64,000 nucleotides of DNA from the human T2T-CHM13v2.0 reference genome, Homo sapiens: assembly GCF_009914755.1 (NCBI RefSeq), contig NC_060930.1. One strand, written 5' to 3'. The notes under the pieces were generated by a model. The model worked only from the letters and a program-made list of their open reading frames with translations. It was not told where the DNA came from and did not search any database. How positions within the stretch are numbered: position 1 is the stretch's first letter; the number at the start of each line of letters is the position of its first letter. A program made the translations under genes and the position numbers. Shown one piece after another: positions 31,307 through 41,385 of the stretch.

Positions 31307-32689
31307 AATCCTTGTCCTCACGGCTCTCAGGCTGCCCTAGAAATCGCTAAGCACTTGGCTGTCTGCTCAGAGCCAGTGACCAGGACTCACTTTCCTAGCT
31401 CTTCCTCGGGCTTTCTGGAGGTACCGGTTGATGAGGAGGGCAAGCAGCAGCAGCAGCAGCACAACGGTCACTGCCACACCCAGGATGATGGACTTGACTG
31501 GGGGGCTTTGGAATAAGGACCCGCCTGATGAGGAAAGTCAGAGCCCAGACCAACCTCCTGCCCTGAAATTCATCCCTCCTGCCATGCCTGTTGTCACCAC
31601 AGGCCCTCCCCAGCTTCTAGCCTGTCCTCTGAGGTCTCCTTCGGCTCAGCTGACCAGTAGGCAGCCATGTGATCAGGGGCTCTTCCCCACAAACCATGTT
31701 GTCTAGGGTAAGCCATTCCACCTCAGGGTCGGTTTCTTTCTGTGCAAAACTGCTATCTCAAGTCCTTGCTCTTTCCCTTTTGCAATTGTTATCCCTTGGC
31801 TTTCTATCTGGGCCCCTATTGCAGGGTCTCCACCCAGCTCTCCTGGCACCCTTTGCTTCACATTTCTGTCTCAGGTCCTTAAGCTCAACCCTTCTCTAGG
31901 AAATGCAGTGAGCTCTCAGAGTATACTGATGTCATTGACAAATAGCTCTCCCAGATAAAAAATACATTTTAATAGGTCCCATTTTAAGTCAAAGGAAGAA
32001 CACAGAGGTAGACTGTTTTATACCATAGCAGGCTTTTAGGGAAGGTGTCTGGGTTGTCAGATGTCAAAGGGGGAGGACAAGCAGTTCAGGAACATCTCTC
32101 AGCTCAGGTGATCAGCACCCCTTGGTTTCTGGTTTAATCTCTTGATGCAAGAAAGTATGGTTTGCAAGAGCCCAGCATTCATCATCTGGAGTGATGGTGG
32201 ATGGAGAGAAGGGAGGGGAGGACAGAGGCAGGAAGACACTGTCAGTGCCCGTGGCTGGGGCCTGGAAACCATCAGGCAGAGGTAGAAAACAAAGCAGGCC
32301 ACAGGTTGTGGTAACTACACAGTGTGCCCTTTCCCTAGACCCACAGTACTCTGGAATAGCTCTCCTGCTCACGGACAAGGGCTGGAAGGAGGACAGAGGT
32401 GAAAGAAACAGCCCTGGTCATGTGCTATGAATTGAACTGGGCCCTTCAAGTCCGTATTTTCCTTGAATCTTCACAACAACCCTGTAAGAAAAAGGTTCCT
32501 GTCCCCCTCCCTTGGCCCTGCTCCCCTTCCCCTCACCTGAGGCCAGGAGCACCAGCAGAACTCTCAACAGCAGGTGTGTGGCCTCCAAGGTCATGGGTCC
32601 TCTTCTTGAGCCGGGATGGTGGGAGGAAAGTGAGGCAGCGGGGAAACCCTGGGGAGCGGGAACCAGCGCTGGCAGGATCCGGCCCTGGG

Positions 32690-32990
32690 GATGAATTGCT
32701 GAGGAAGTCAAAGTCTCCCTTGAGGAAGCAGGAGGCCTGGAAGGAAGGGGGACGCCTTGGCCTACACGAGCCCCTCCAGCTGCAGGCTCTACATCCGGGC
32801 CTGGAAAGGCCTCAGCCTATACTCTGTAGCTCCTGCTGGTTTCCTCTGGCCCCAGCCTCTTCCCACTTGTCAGGCCACCTCCCTCCCACTGGCGCTGGGG
32901 TGGGAAAAGCTGAGAAAGTCCAGGAGGAAACTATGGCGAAATAAAAACCTCTTTCTCCTCTCTCCCCTCTATTCTACCACTTCCTCCCCA
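32690..32990 (-). promoter_or_regulatory. Candidate myeloid promoter of the TLT-6-like remnant
   Basis: PU.1/ETS motifs GAGGAAGT at 32701-32708 and GGGGAGGAAGTG (minus) at 32978-32989, 100-400 bp upstream of the ATG. Confidence 0.45.
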
Positions 32991-33588
32991 GCCTGAAGTT
33001 TCTCTTCCTCACCCAGCTAACACACAGGCTGAAGGTGAGTGACAGTGTTAGGGAGCCTTTTGGAGGTCTGACTAGAACCTGAAGACCCATTGGCTCCCAG
33101 GGGTCAGAGACTTCATGACCAGGCCTGCCTGGAACCGGGGAGTTCCATGTCAACAGGAGGGGAAGAGGAGAAAAGAGATGGAGATTCACTTCCAGGAATG
33201 GAGGTGCAGGGGGTGTCTATGGCAAAGGTGGGAGAGAGTAAAGCCTGGGGAGGGGAAGATGGGGAAGGGAGGAGGAGGGGAAAGGGTATCTCAGTCCCCA
33301 GATCATCTCCTTCCCCAGCTCTGAGCTGCCATAATCACTCCAGAGCCTTTGATGAAAGATGACACTAATCAAACACATTTAAAAATAATTGTCCTTAGAT
33401 GAACTATAGAAAATCAATTGTCACAGGCGATTGACAGTTAATAAACAACAAAGAAAAGAAAAACTATAAACCGTGGTGCTGCAGGTTGGGTTCCTGGGCA
33501 CAGAGTCAGCTGCAGATTAGCACTGGAGGTTTAAAGCGCTCTGGGACCAACATCTGGGGAAGAGAAGAGCAGGAAGCAGGATGGGGCA

Positions 33589-34275
33589 TGTGAATCCAAA
33601 ATATCAGAGAGAGGCCTCAATCAATTCAGAAAGTCTACTTTGCCAAGGTTAAGGACATGCCTATAATAGTCTCAGGAGCCCTGAAGACATGTGCCCAAGG
33701 TGGTTGGGGCACAGCTTGTTTTTATACATGTTAGGGAGACGTGAGGCATCAATAATTATATGTAAGATGTATATCGACTCGGTCTGGACCAATGTGCATT
33801 TGGTCCAGGGTTTGTGTGGACGGGGCAGTGGGAAAGGCGGCTTCCAAGTCGTAGATAGATAAGAGACAAAAGGTTGCATTCTTTTAAGTCCTCTATCAGT
33901 CTTTCACTGAACACACAATTTAGTCTGGCTCAGTGAATCTGCATTTTTACATAAACAATAGGGCAGAGAAGCAATCAGATACGCATTTGTCCTAGGCAAG
34001 CAGAGGGATAACTTTCTTTCCTGCACCTGTGAAGACCAGCTAGCAGTTTACATTGCCAGGGTGAAAATCAACAGAACTGTTTTAGGGTAAAGATCTCAAG
34101 GCCCACAAAGAATTGTCTTGTGGGCAAATTGTGAGGGAGGTACATAGTTTTTTAATCTTTGTAGCTATCTTATTTAGGAATAAAATGCGAGGCCAGTTTG
34201 CCTGCTGTAGTTCCCAGCTTGATTTTTCCCCTGGCTTAGTGATTTTGGGGTTCTGAGATTTATTTTCCTTTCACA
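33589..34275 (-). mobile_element. ERV1 solo LTR (MER4-like), nested in an older MLT2-like LTR
   Basis: tgtgaa...ttcaca ends; TSD ggca. Confidence 0.78.
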
Positions 34276-35517
34276 GGCAGAAGGAGAAGTCAGGCTGCAA
34301 TAGAGGCCATAAGGAGACTCAGGCTATCCTGGGAGGAGTTCCTAAGACAGGATGGCCCTTCAGGACTTGTCAGTCAGGGGAGGTGGGGTGTCCTGGGAGG
34401 GGAGTCTGGCCTTGGCAAGGTGGCTTTCTGCAGCTGAGGAAGACCCCAGAGAAGCTGGCAGAGGAGACCTGCCCTCACCACTCCTAATGTCCATCAGTCC
34501 CACATGAGGAGCTGGCAGCACGGCATCCACTCTCTCAATTTGATCCAGAGTGAAAGCATGTTGCAGCCATTGAAGAGAACTGTAAACCTAATGCCTGCTT
34601 GCTGGGCTCCATGCAGGTGTGTGTATATCCAGGAGGTACTGGATTTACTTTATTTGTTCTTCCATTGGCCATGATGGCCAGCCCTTCCCAGGTGTGTGTT
34701 CTATGTCCACAGCCTGTTGCTCAGGAAGCTTTATTGTCTCACCTGCTAAAGTGAGCAGCCTGTCCGATGCCCCACCTGCCCTGCACCTTCCTGCCGTGGA
34801 TCTGCTGTGGATCTGGGTCCCTGGAGCTTCGAGAAGAAGGTTGAGAGAGGAGGGAGGAAGTGAAAGGCTGGTGTGTTTAGGAAAGTGTCCAGTTGGGGCT
34901 GGGGATATGGGGCTTGGTCTATAGCTCCTCAGCCCCCGTGTCCTTACCATGGGAGTTCATATGGGAGCAGGCTCCTAGGGTGAGCAAATTGTGCTGGTTC
35001 ACTTGGTTCCAGGAACCCCTCAGGGGCATACAGGGACAGTTGGTCACCCTCACAGCTACCGTGCTCTACTTCAGGACACAGCTAAAGGCCTCTGCTTGGG
35101 TTCAGCAACCAGCTGGTGAGTGGCCATGTCCCCTTCCACCCTCCACAGCCCTTCTCGTCAAGCCTCCCCATGGCTCCCAGCTGCCATGGCCTGTGCAGTC
35201 TCTGCACCTAGATCTCACCTCCTGACTCCACCCTGTGGTTTGCGCCTCAGATAGAGCCCCACCTCCTCCCTGAAGCCTGCCTGGCTAGCCAGAGCCTGCA
35301 GGATTCCCAGTTCCCCATCTTGGAAGGACTTGAGAACCTCCTATCTCTTGCACTGTGGTGTCTTACCCTGTGCTAAGGTCTGGGGTGTACCCAGCAGTGC
35401 CATGTCTCCCTTCCCTCAGAGGCTGTGAGCAGATTGAGGCCAGGGCTGGTTCTTGTTCTTTTCCGGTGTGCCCCACCTCATTAATGCTGAGCTGTGTCCA
35501 TGCAACTGTTCTGCACA

Positions 35518-36148
35518 TGTTACTGGAAAGGGATCCCGATCCAGACCCCAAGAGAGGGTTCTTGGATCTCATGCAAGAAAGAATTCAGGGTAAATGCATA
35601 TGGTAAAATGAAAGCAAGTTTATTTAAAAAGTAAAGGAATAAAGAATGGCTACTCTATAGGCAGAGCAGCAACATGGGCTGCTTAGCTGCTTATATTTAT
35701 TGTTACTTCTTGATTATATGCTAAACAAGGGGTGGATTATTCATGAGTTTTCCAGGAAAGGGGTGGGCAATTCCTGGAGCTGAGGGTTCCTCCTCTTTTC
35801 AGACCATATAAGGTAACTTCCTGATGTTGCCATGGCATTTGTAAGCTGACATGGTGCTGGTGGGAGTGTCTCTTATCATGCTAATGCATTATAATTTGCA
35901 TATAATGTGCAGTGAGGACAGCCAGAGGTCACTCTCATTGCCATCTTGGTTTTGGTGGGTTTTAGCTGATTTCTTTACTGCAAACCTGTTTTATCAGCAA
36001 GGTCTTTATGACCTGTATCTTGTGTCAACCTATCTCACCCTGTGACTTAGAATGCCTAACATCTGGGAAGGCAACCCAGTAGGTCTCAGCCTTATTTTAC
36101 TCAGCCTCTATACAAGATGGAGTCCATCTGGTTTAAACACCTCTGACA
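35518..36148 (-). mobile_element. MER41B-like solo LTR
   Basis: Minus strand starts TGTCAGAGGTGTTTAAACCAGA; contains the tandem-GAS region; TSD caca. Confidence 0.85.
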
Positions 36149-36225
36149 CACATACCCAAGGAAGTCAGAAGAGGCTTCAGAGCTCCTCTCCACCCTCCTG
36201 TTACAGTCTCACCAGTGCACCACAA

Positions 36226-36777
36226 TGTAGCAGTCTCTCATTGTTTGAGGTATCACTGGAGTTCTTTGTCTCACAACAATGAAAATTAAGGAGCGTGGAC
36301 ACCAAGGATGAGGTTGGAGTGAAAGTTTAATGAGTGAGAGAAGAAAGCTCTCTGCTGTGGAGAGGAGGCCTGAAAGAGGGTTGCCATTTTTACAGTTGAA
36401 TGTAAAGGCTTTTATAAGAAACCGATGAGGACTGGGCAGCTCATCTGCATAAGGCATGAATTTCTGGTAGCTCCCTGCTGTCCTTCTAATGTACATGTGG
36501 GCCCTTGGCTTGAGTTACTTACTCCATATTGCTTTGTTCCCCTTACTGCACATGTCAGGGGATGAAATTTTCCATTGCAGGCATGTTTGGGCAAGTCACC
36601 TGTGTAGTCTGTCTTATCTATGAGGCTGTGGGCATGTCTTAGGCAAGCCCCCCTGTGCAAGTTCCCATATCTGTGCCTGCAGCTTGATTTTTCAGGCTGT
36701 TCTTTTGTTTAAAAGAATTCTACCGAGAACCCACCCTAACTGCCTGCCTGACTGGTTTCTTCCTTTCTCCTCTCTCA
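36226..36777 (-). mobile_element. MER61-like ERV1 LTR followed by a PBS-like remnant
   Basis: Minus strand starts TGAGAGAGGAGAAAGGAAGAAACCAGTCAGGCAGGCAGTTAGGG; two p53 motifs; TGGTGCACTGG follows the 3' end. Confidence 0.72.
36326..36331 (-). terminator. TREML2: Probable TREML2 poly(A) signal ATTAAA, LTR-derived
   Basis: First A(A/T)TAAA hexamer I could find downstream of the stop codon, giving a ~2.7-kb 3'UTR. Confidence 0.6.
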
Positions 36778-37410
36778 CTCCTTCTCCAGATGAGGAAACA
36801 AGATCAGAGAGGGACAGTGACTTGCCAAGTTCACACTGAGATGAGTCCACCCTGTACCCTCCCCTCCTCAAAAGAGGACCTTACCAAAGGGACTGTCATC
36901 GGGGGCCCTCAACATCCATATAGTGATGACACTTGGGAAGAGATATGACAAAAGCAAGAAACAGAATCCTAAGGTCTTAAATGTAATGTTGGAAACAACA
37001 TTAGAGCTGGAAAACAACTTAAGGAATAATGGTAATGAGGCATTTGCATCATTGTACAATGCTAATGTTATTTTATCTTGAAAACAATCTTGAGAAGTAG
37101 GAATTATTGTCCTCTTTCACAAGACAGGAAAAATGAGGCCAAGGGTTAGTGACTTGCTGAGGGTCACACAGTGACAGAGTGGTATCCTGGTCCCTGTCCC
37201 TGACTTCTTCCCTAGGGCTCCTCCTCCTGGGCATCTCACTCAGAGGAAGCAGGGCCATCAGTGGTACTGGTGCCAGCTCTTGGGGAGCTATTTTCCCCCA
37301 GGTGGGTTAAGTTCTCTCCTAGTATACAACAGGATGGTGGCTACACCGTCATGATAGGGAGAACAGCTATCTTAGGAGGCTGCTTGCTAGACAGAGATGG
37401 GTGTGTGTGC

Positions 37411-37411
37411 G

Positions 37412-37451
<40 letters not shown>
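37411..37451. repeat. (TGTC)n tetranucleotide repeat in the TREML2 3'UTR
   Basis: About 10 units. Confidence 0.9.
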
Positions 37452-37725
37452 CTGGGTCCAGAGCCGTCAATTCTTCAGCCTCAGTCTTCCCTCTATTGCC
37501 CTCTCCTGGACATAGGGAAGAAGTGCCTCCTCCCTGCTGTCCCCCAGGATTACTCCCTGCCTCTTCCACTCTCCCCACATCCATCCTGAAGTGGCCCCTC
37601 TGGCTGTCCACCAGGGTCCTGGCTGTGTCACTCTCTTGGCCATTGGAACGTCCCTGACCCAGGGTTCAATGCACAGTTGTCACATTTATCCCCAGGTGCT
37701 ATTCCAGTCACTCCAGGTCAGTAGA

Positions 37726-37729
<4 letters not shown>

Positions 37730-37774
<45 letters not shown>
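37730..37774. repeat. (TG)n microsatellite in the TREML2 3'UTR
   Basis: About 22 units. Confidence 0.95.
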
Positions 37775-37776
<2 letters not shown>

Positions 37777-38978
37777 GGGAATCCAGGCTGCATTCTCCAG
37801 CCTTCATTGCTGGACGCCAAGCCAGTGCTCTGGACAATAGAGGCTGAGTCTGAGCCCTGAGTCAGTGGGTGGGAGGCAGATTCCTCGGGACATTGGGTCC
37901 CTGGCCAGAGGCTACTTGGGCTCCATTTTCCCTGTCCCCCTGCCTGGGCCAGTCCTCCAGGCCGTGATCAGTTCCAAGTTACTGTCTTCACTGTGTCCCA
38001 AGTGTGTCTTCTCTCTCTATCCTGAGGGGTAGGAGGAGGGTTGCTCCACCCTTCCTCTGAGCCATGGTCTCCCCACCAGTGTCTGTGGGGTGAGCAGCCT
38101 CCATACAGAGCCAAGGTCTCAGCCACCCCAGGGTATGGACTTCCTGGAGGCTGCTGGGTCCCCTGTGGGAACTCAGACTTGGAGCCCAGGTGTAGAAGCT
38201 GGGGGAGAGAGCCCCAAGTCCAGCCTCTGCACTTCAGTCTTGGGAGAGGCTGACCCTGCAGCCCAGAGGCTCTTAGCTGCCTGGTCACAGCTTTCTAAGG
38301 AGGCAGCGGCCAGCAGGAGGCAGCAGTGAGAGCGTGGGCTCTGCGCGGTCCCAGGACAGGAGGGAGGAGCAGCCCCAGTCAGGGCAGGGCCATCCAGAGG
38401 CCCAGCAAAGGACACCTGTCCCGACAAGAGAAGCTGCCAACCCCTCTGTGGGTCCCCAGCTTTTAGTCACTGTTTCCTCTCCTCCAGGATGGGACATCAC
38501 TGCCTCTGGCATTCGTGAGCCCGATTCTTTCTTCCCTAACCTTAGGGGAAGCTGAAGCAGAACGGAGGGAAGCAGAGGACACAGTGGCCCTGGTGGGGAG
38601 GGCAGCTCAGCCCAATAGGGTTTCTGAGGCAGACGGGAGCTGAGGTTCTCTGTAAACAGCACTCTCAGGGTTCCCCTGCCTCCACCAAGAGCCCTGGGGT
38701 CTGCAGCTCCGAGCAGAAACCACTGGTCACATTTCCTCGGGACTTTCTCCCTGATGCCCTTTGCTCTGGGCCCCTCCCCAGGTTCCTGCCCCCAAGGAGA
38801 ACACTGGGCTGTGGGGCTGCTTAGGATGGCAGCCTCTGGGTTTGGGAAGTCCTGGGTGAGTCCAGCACTGCACAAGTCCTCCAGCTTCATAAGATCGATA
38901 CTGGCCCCAATCTTCACCCCTCCTCTAACCCCCTGGGGCCACTCTGGGAGAAGCTCCCCACCCCATGCTTAAGTGGCC

Positions 38979-39058
38979 TCAGATCAAGTAGACTTCCACA
39001 TAGGGCTCTGGTCTTCCAGGTGGGTCACGTGTAGAAGGATCGCTGCACATGCTGTAGC
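38979..39058 (-). CDS. TREML2: TREML2 exon 5 coding part
   Basis: SYSMCSDPSTRDPPGRPEPYVEVYLI*; exons sum 55+321+409+101+80=966 nt = 321 aa + stop. Confidence 0.96.
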
Positions 39059-39352
39059 CTGCAAGAAACAGGGAGAGCTGAGGAAGTGTCCTGCCCTGCC
39101 CACGGTGCCCCGATGCTCCTCCACCAGCCCCAGCCCCTTTCTGGCTCTGCCTCTGGTTCCTTCCAGGTCATCCCCTTAGGGTTGTGCTGGGTGGTCTCCG
39201 CCTGGCCGCCCTCCTCCCCAGGTGGAAGCGTCATAGTCCTTTTGACTGGACACAGGCCAAGGGCCATACCACGTGGGGACTCGAGGTCATAACCCTTAGT
39301 GCAGTTACCCAGAGCTCTGCCCTCAGGAGGCTGGGAGGTGGGCTCTACTCAC

Positions 39353-39453
39353 TTGCCATGTGTCTCTTCTTCCAAAACCCATAGACCATGATCAGCATCA
39401 GCACCAGGAGGGTCAGCACCACCCCAAGCACAGTGGAGTAAACATCCTGGTGC
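39353..39453 (-). CDS. TREML2: TREML2 exon 4, TM helix without a charged residue
   Basis: ctcAG|GCACC...GCAA|GTGAGT; HQDVYSTVLGVVLTLLVLMLIMVYGFWKKRHMA. Confidence 0.96.
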
Positions 39454-40299
39454 CTGAGAAGAAGGGACAGGGTGGAAGCGGGTGAGCACCAAGGTCCCCC
39501 ATCCTAACCCACGTTGGGATCGGACCAGCAGCAGAAACCCTGAGAGCGTGCCCTTCCCGGGGTAGACGGCCACCCTCTTCCTTACAGACCCGGCCACAGA
39601 AGCAAGTGTGACATCCGGAGTTAAGAGGAGGACGTCCCCAGGTAGAGGGGAACATCTCTCTACTTTGGTACCTCTCCTCCATTATGCCCCCAAATCTGTT
39701 CATCAGTGAGGATGAGGATTCTAGGAGACTCCCATTTGTGGCTAAAGAGATCAAGATGCTTGCTCTCCTCAAGGGGTCTGAGGATGCCTGTTCCCCCACT
39801 CTATCCTCTGTAGCAGATGCTGTCGGGCCCCTGCCTGTGTCCTCTTGCCTGTGTCATTTCCACCTGCACACATCATCAGCACCTCCTTTTCTGTGGGTGG
39901 GAGGCTGAGGCCTTTCTCTTGTCACTAGAGCCCTCTATGCCACACACAGCAGGCAGCCCTCTACTGATAACCAATTGGAGTTGGTGTGTAACTATGCGGG
40001 CTCCTTTGCCCTTCAGATGTGTGTTTTATGCTAGATCTGACTCTCCCCGTTGGGATTAGGCTCTTGTTGTGCACAGCAGCTGCTTGGTTAAGTACTCTTT
40101 ATTAGAGGCCTTCCCTGCCCTGTCCCACTCCCCCACCTTTTTTCCAGTGTTCATATAAGACGCAAATCCCTGACTCAGAGTCAGTTTCTCTAGAGGAATC
40201 CAAATTAAAGCATCCCCCATTTTCCACTTCCTACTCCATGAGGCGCATCCTTGCCCTATCCTCACCCTCTCCTCTCCATCCACAGACACTTCAGGACAC

Positions 40300-40820
40300 C
40301 CATCCCCTGACATGCTCATCTCTGACTCTCATCCCCCCTGGCCCTAATTCTACCAACTCTCATTGCCCCCTACCCTCATCTCTGCAGCCCCCCTCTCCCC
40401 TGATACTCCTCCCACTGACCTTCTTCTCTGACTCTCCTCCCCCACAACCTTCATTTACCCCCATCCTCATCCCCCTGACCCTAATGCCCCCGACTCTCAT
40501 AGTCCCCTGCCCTCATCCCTGCAACCCTCATCTCCCCCTACCTTTATCCCGACCCTCCTCTCTGCTGACACTTCCCCCACCTTCCTCCCACCAACTCCGC
40601 TCCCCACTGACCCTCATCCTTCCTGATCCTCCTTTCACCTGACCTTCCTCCTCCCTGATCCTCCTCCCCCGACCCTCCTTTCCCCTGTCCCTCCTGTCCC
40701 CACCCTTCTTTCCCCTGCCCCTCCTCCCCACTGACCCTCCTTTCCCCTGCCCCTCCTCCCCACCCCCGACCCTCCTTTCCCCTGCCCCTCCTCTCTCCTG
40801 CCCCTCCTCTCCATTGCCAT
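40300..40820. repeat. C-rich low-complexity / degenerate minisatellite in TREML2 intron 3
   Basis: Repeats of ccctcctttcccctgcccctcctcccc at ~40670-40810. Confidence 0.85.
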
Positions 40821-40976
40821 CCTTTATGTCACTTCCAGTCCCCCACCTCACATTCAGAAGCAGGCCACATTGGGTTCCTGGGGAGCAAAAGGGGAAGGTC
40901 AGATATAAGACTTGCACCTCCAGGTCTGTTTGGGCACTAAGTGCTGGTGCCACTCAACCCCAGGCCCCACAGGTAC

Positions 40977-41385
40977 CTGATGGAGGGCATGGAGGGTAGT
41001 CTGTTGAGGAGAGATCTGCTGGTGAGGCAGAGCCCTGTGGTGGGCGATCTGGTGCTGAGGTCCCCAGACTTAGTGGAGATGGATTCTGGGCCAGCAGAGG
41101 AGTCCCTGGCATTGCTGGGAGACGCGGTCACTGTCTGGGACCCCATGGTCCTCCTGGGTCCCTGGCTGGTGGTGCTGGTAGCAGTGAAGCTGTAGCCTGT
41201 CTTGGAGGCAGGTCTGGTGGAGGCTAAGAGCCTAGGCAAGGTGATGAGTCCTGGGGTGAACACCATCACACCAGTGGTAAAAGGGGCATCAGGGCCTGAG
41301 GTAGGGGCTTGGCCAGTTGTGACAGTTCCACTCTTGAGGATGTTGTCCAGATGTGTGAAAGGAATGTTCCTCTCAGTTTGGGGAG
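40977..41385 (-). CDS. TREML2: TREML2 exon 3, S/T/P-rich stalk
   Basis: 409 nt; APQTERNIPFTHLDNILKSGTVTT...LPSMPSIR; canonical splice sites. Confidence 0.96.

Larger units (their letters stand above)
28920..32594 (-). pseudogene. Degenerate TREM-like gene, probable orthologue of mouse TLT-6 (B430306N03Rik): exons 32537-32594, 31391-31524, 29671-29723 and C-terminal remnant 28920-28949
   Basis: Signal peptide MTLEATHLLLRVLLVLLASG|GTGAG; TM exon GSLFQSPPVKSIILGVAVTVVLLLLLLALLINRYLQKARGRARK|GTGAGT; Tyr exon GEGESYHVYDDVQKEKTT|GTGAGT; ELKAEFTGQ*; lies between TREM2 and TREML2. Confidence 0.8.

Noticed and set aside
32112-32262. S/T/P-rich stretch APATGTDSVFLPLSSPPFSPST as a stalk exon of the remnant
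   Set aside because: Acceptor is plausible, but there is no convincing donor and the phase does not fit; unresolved without alignment
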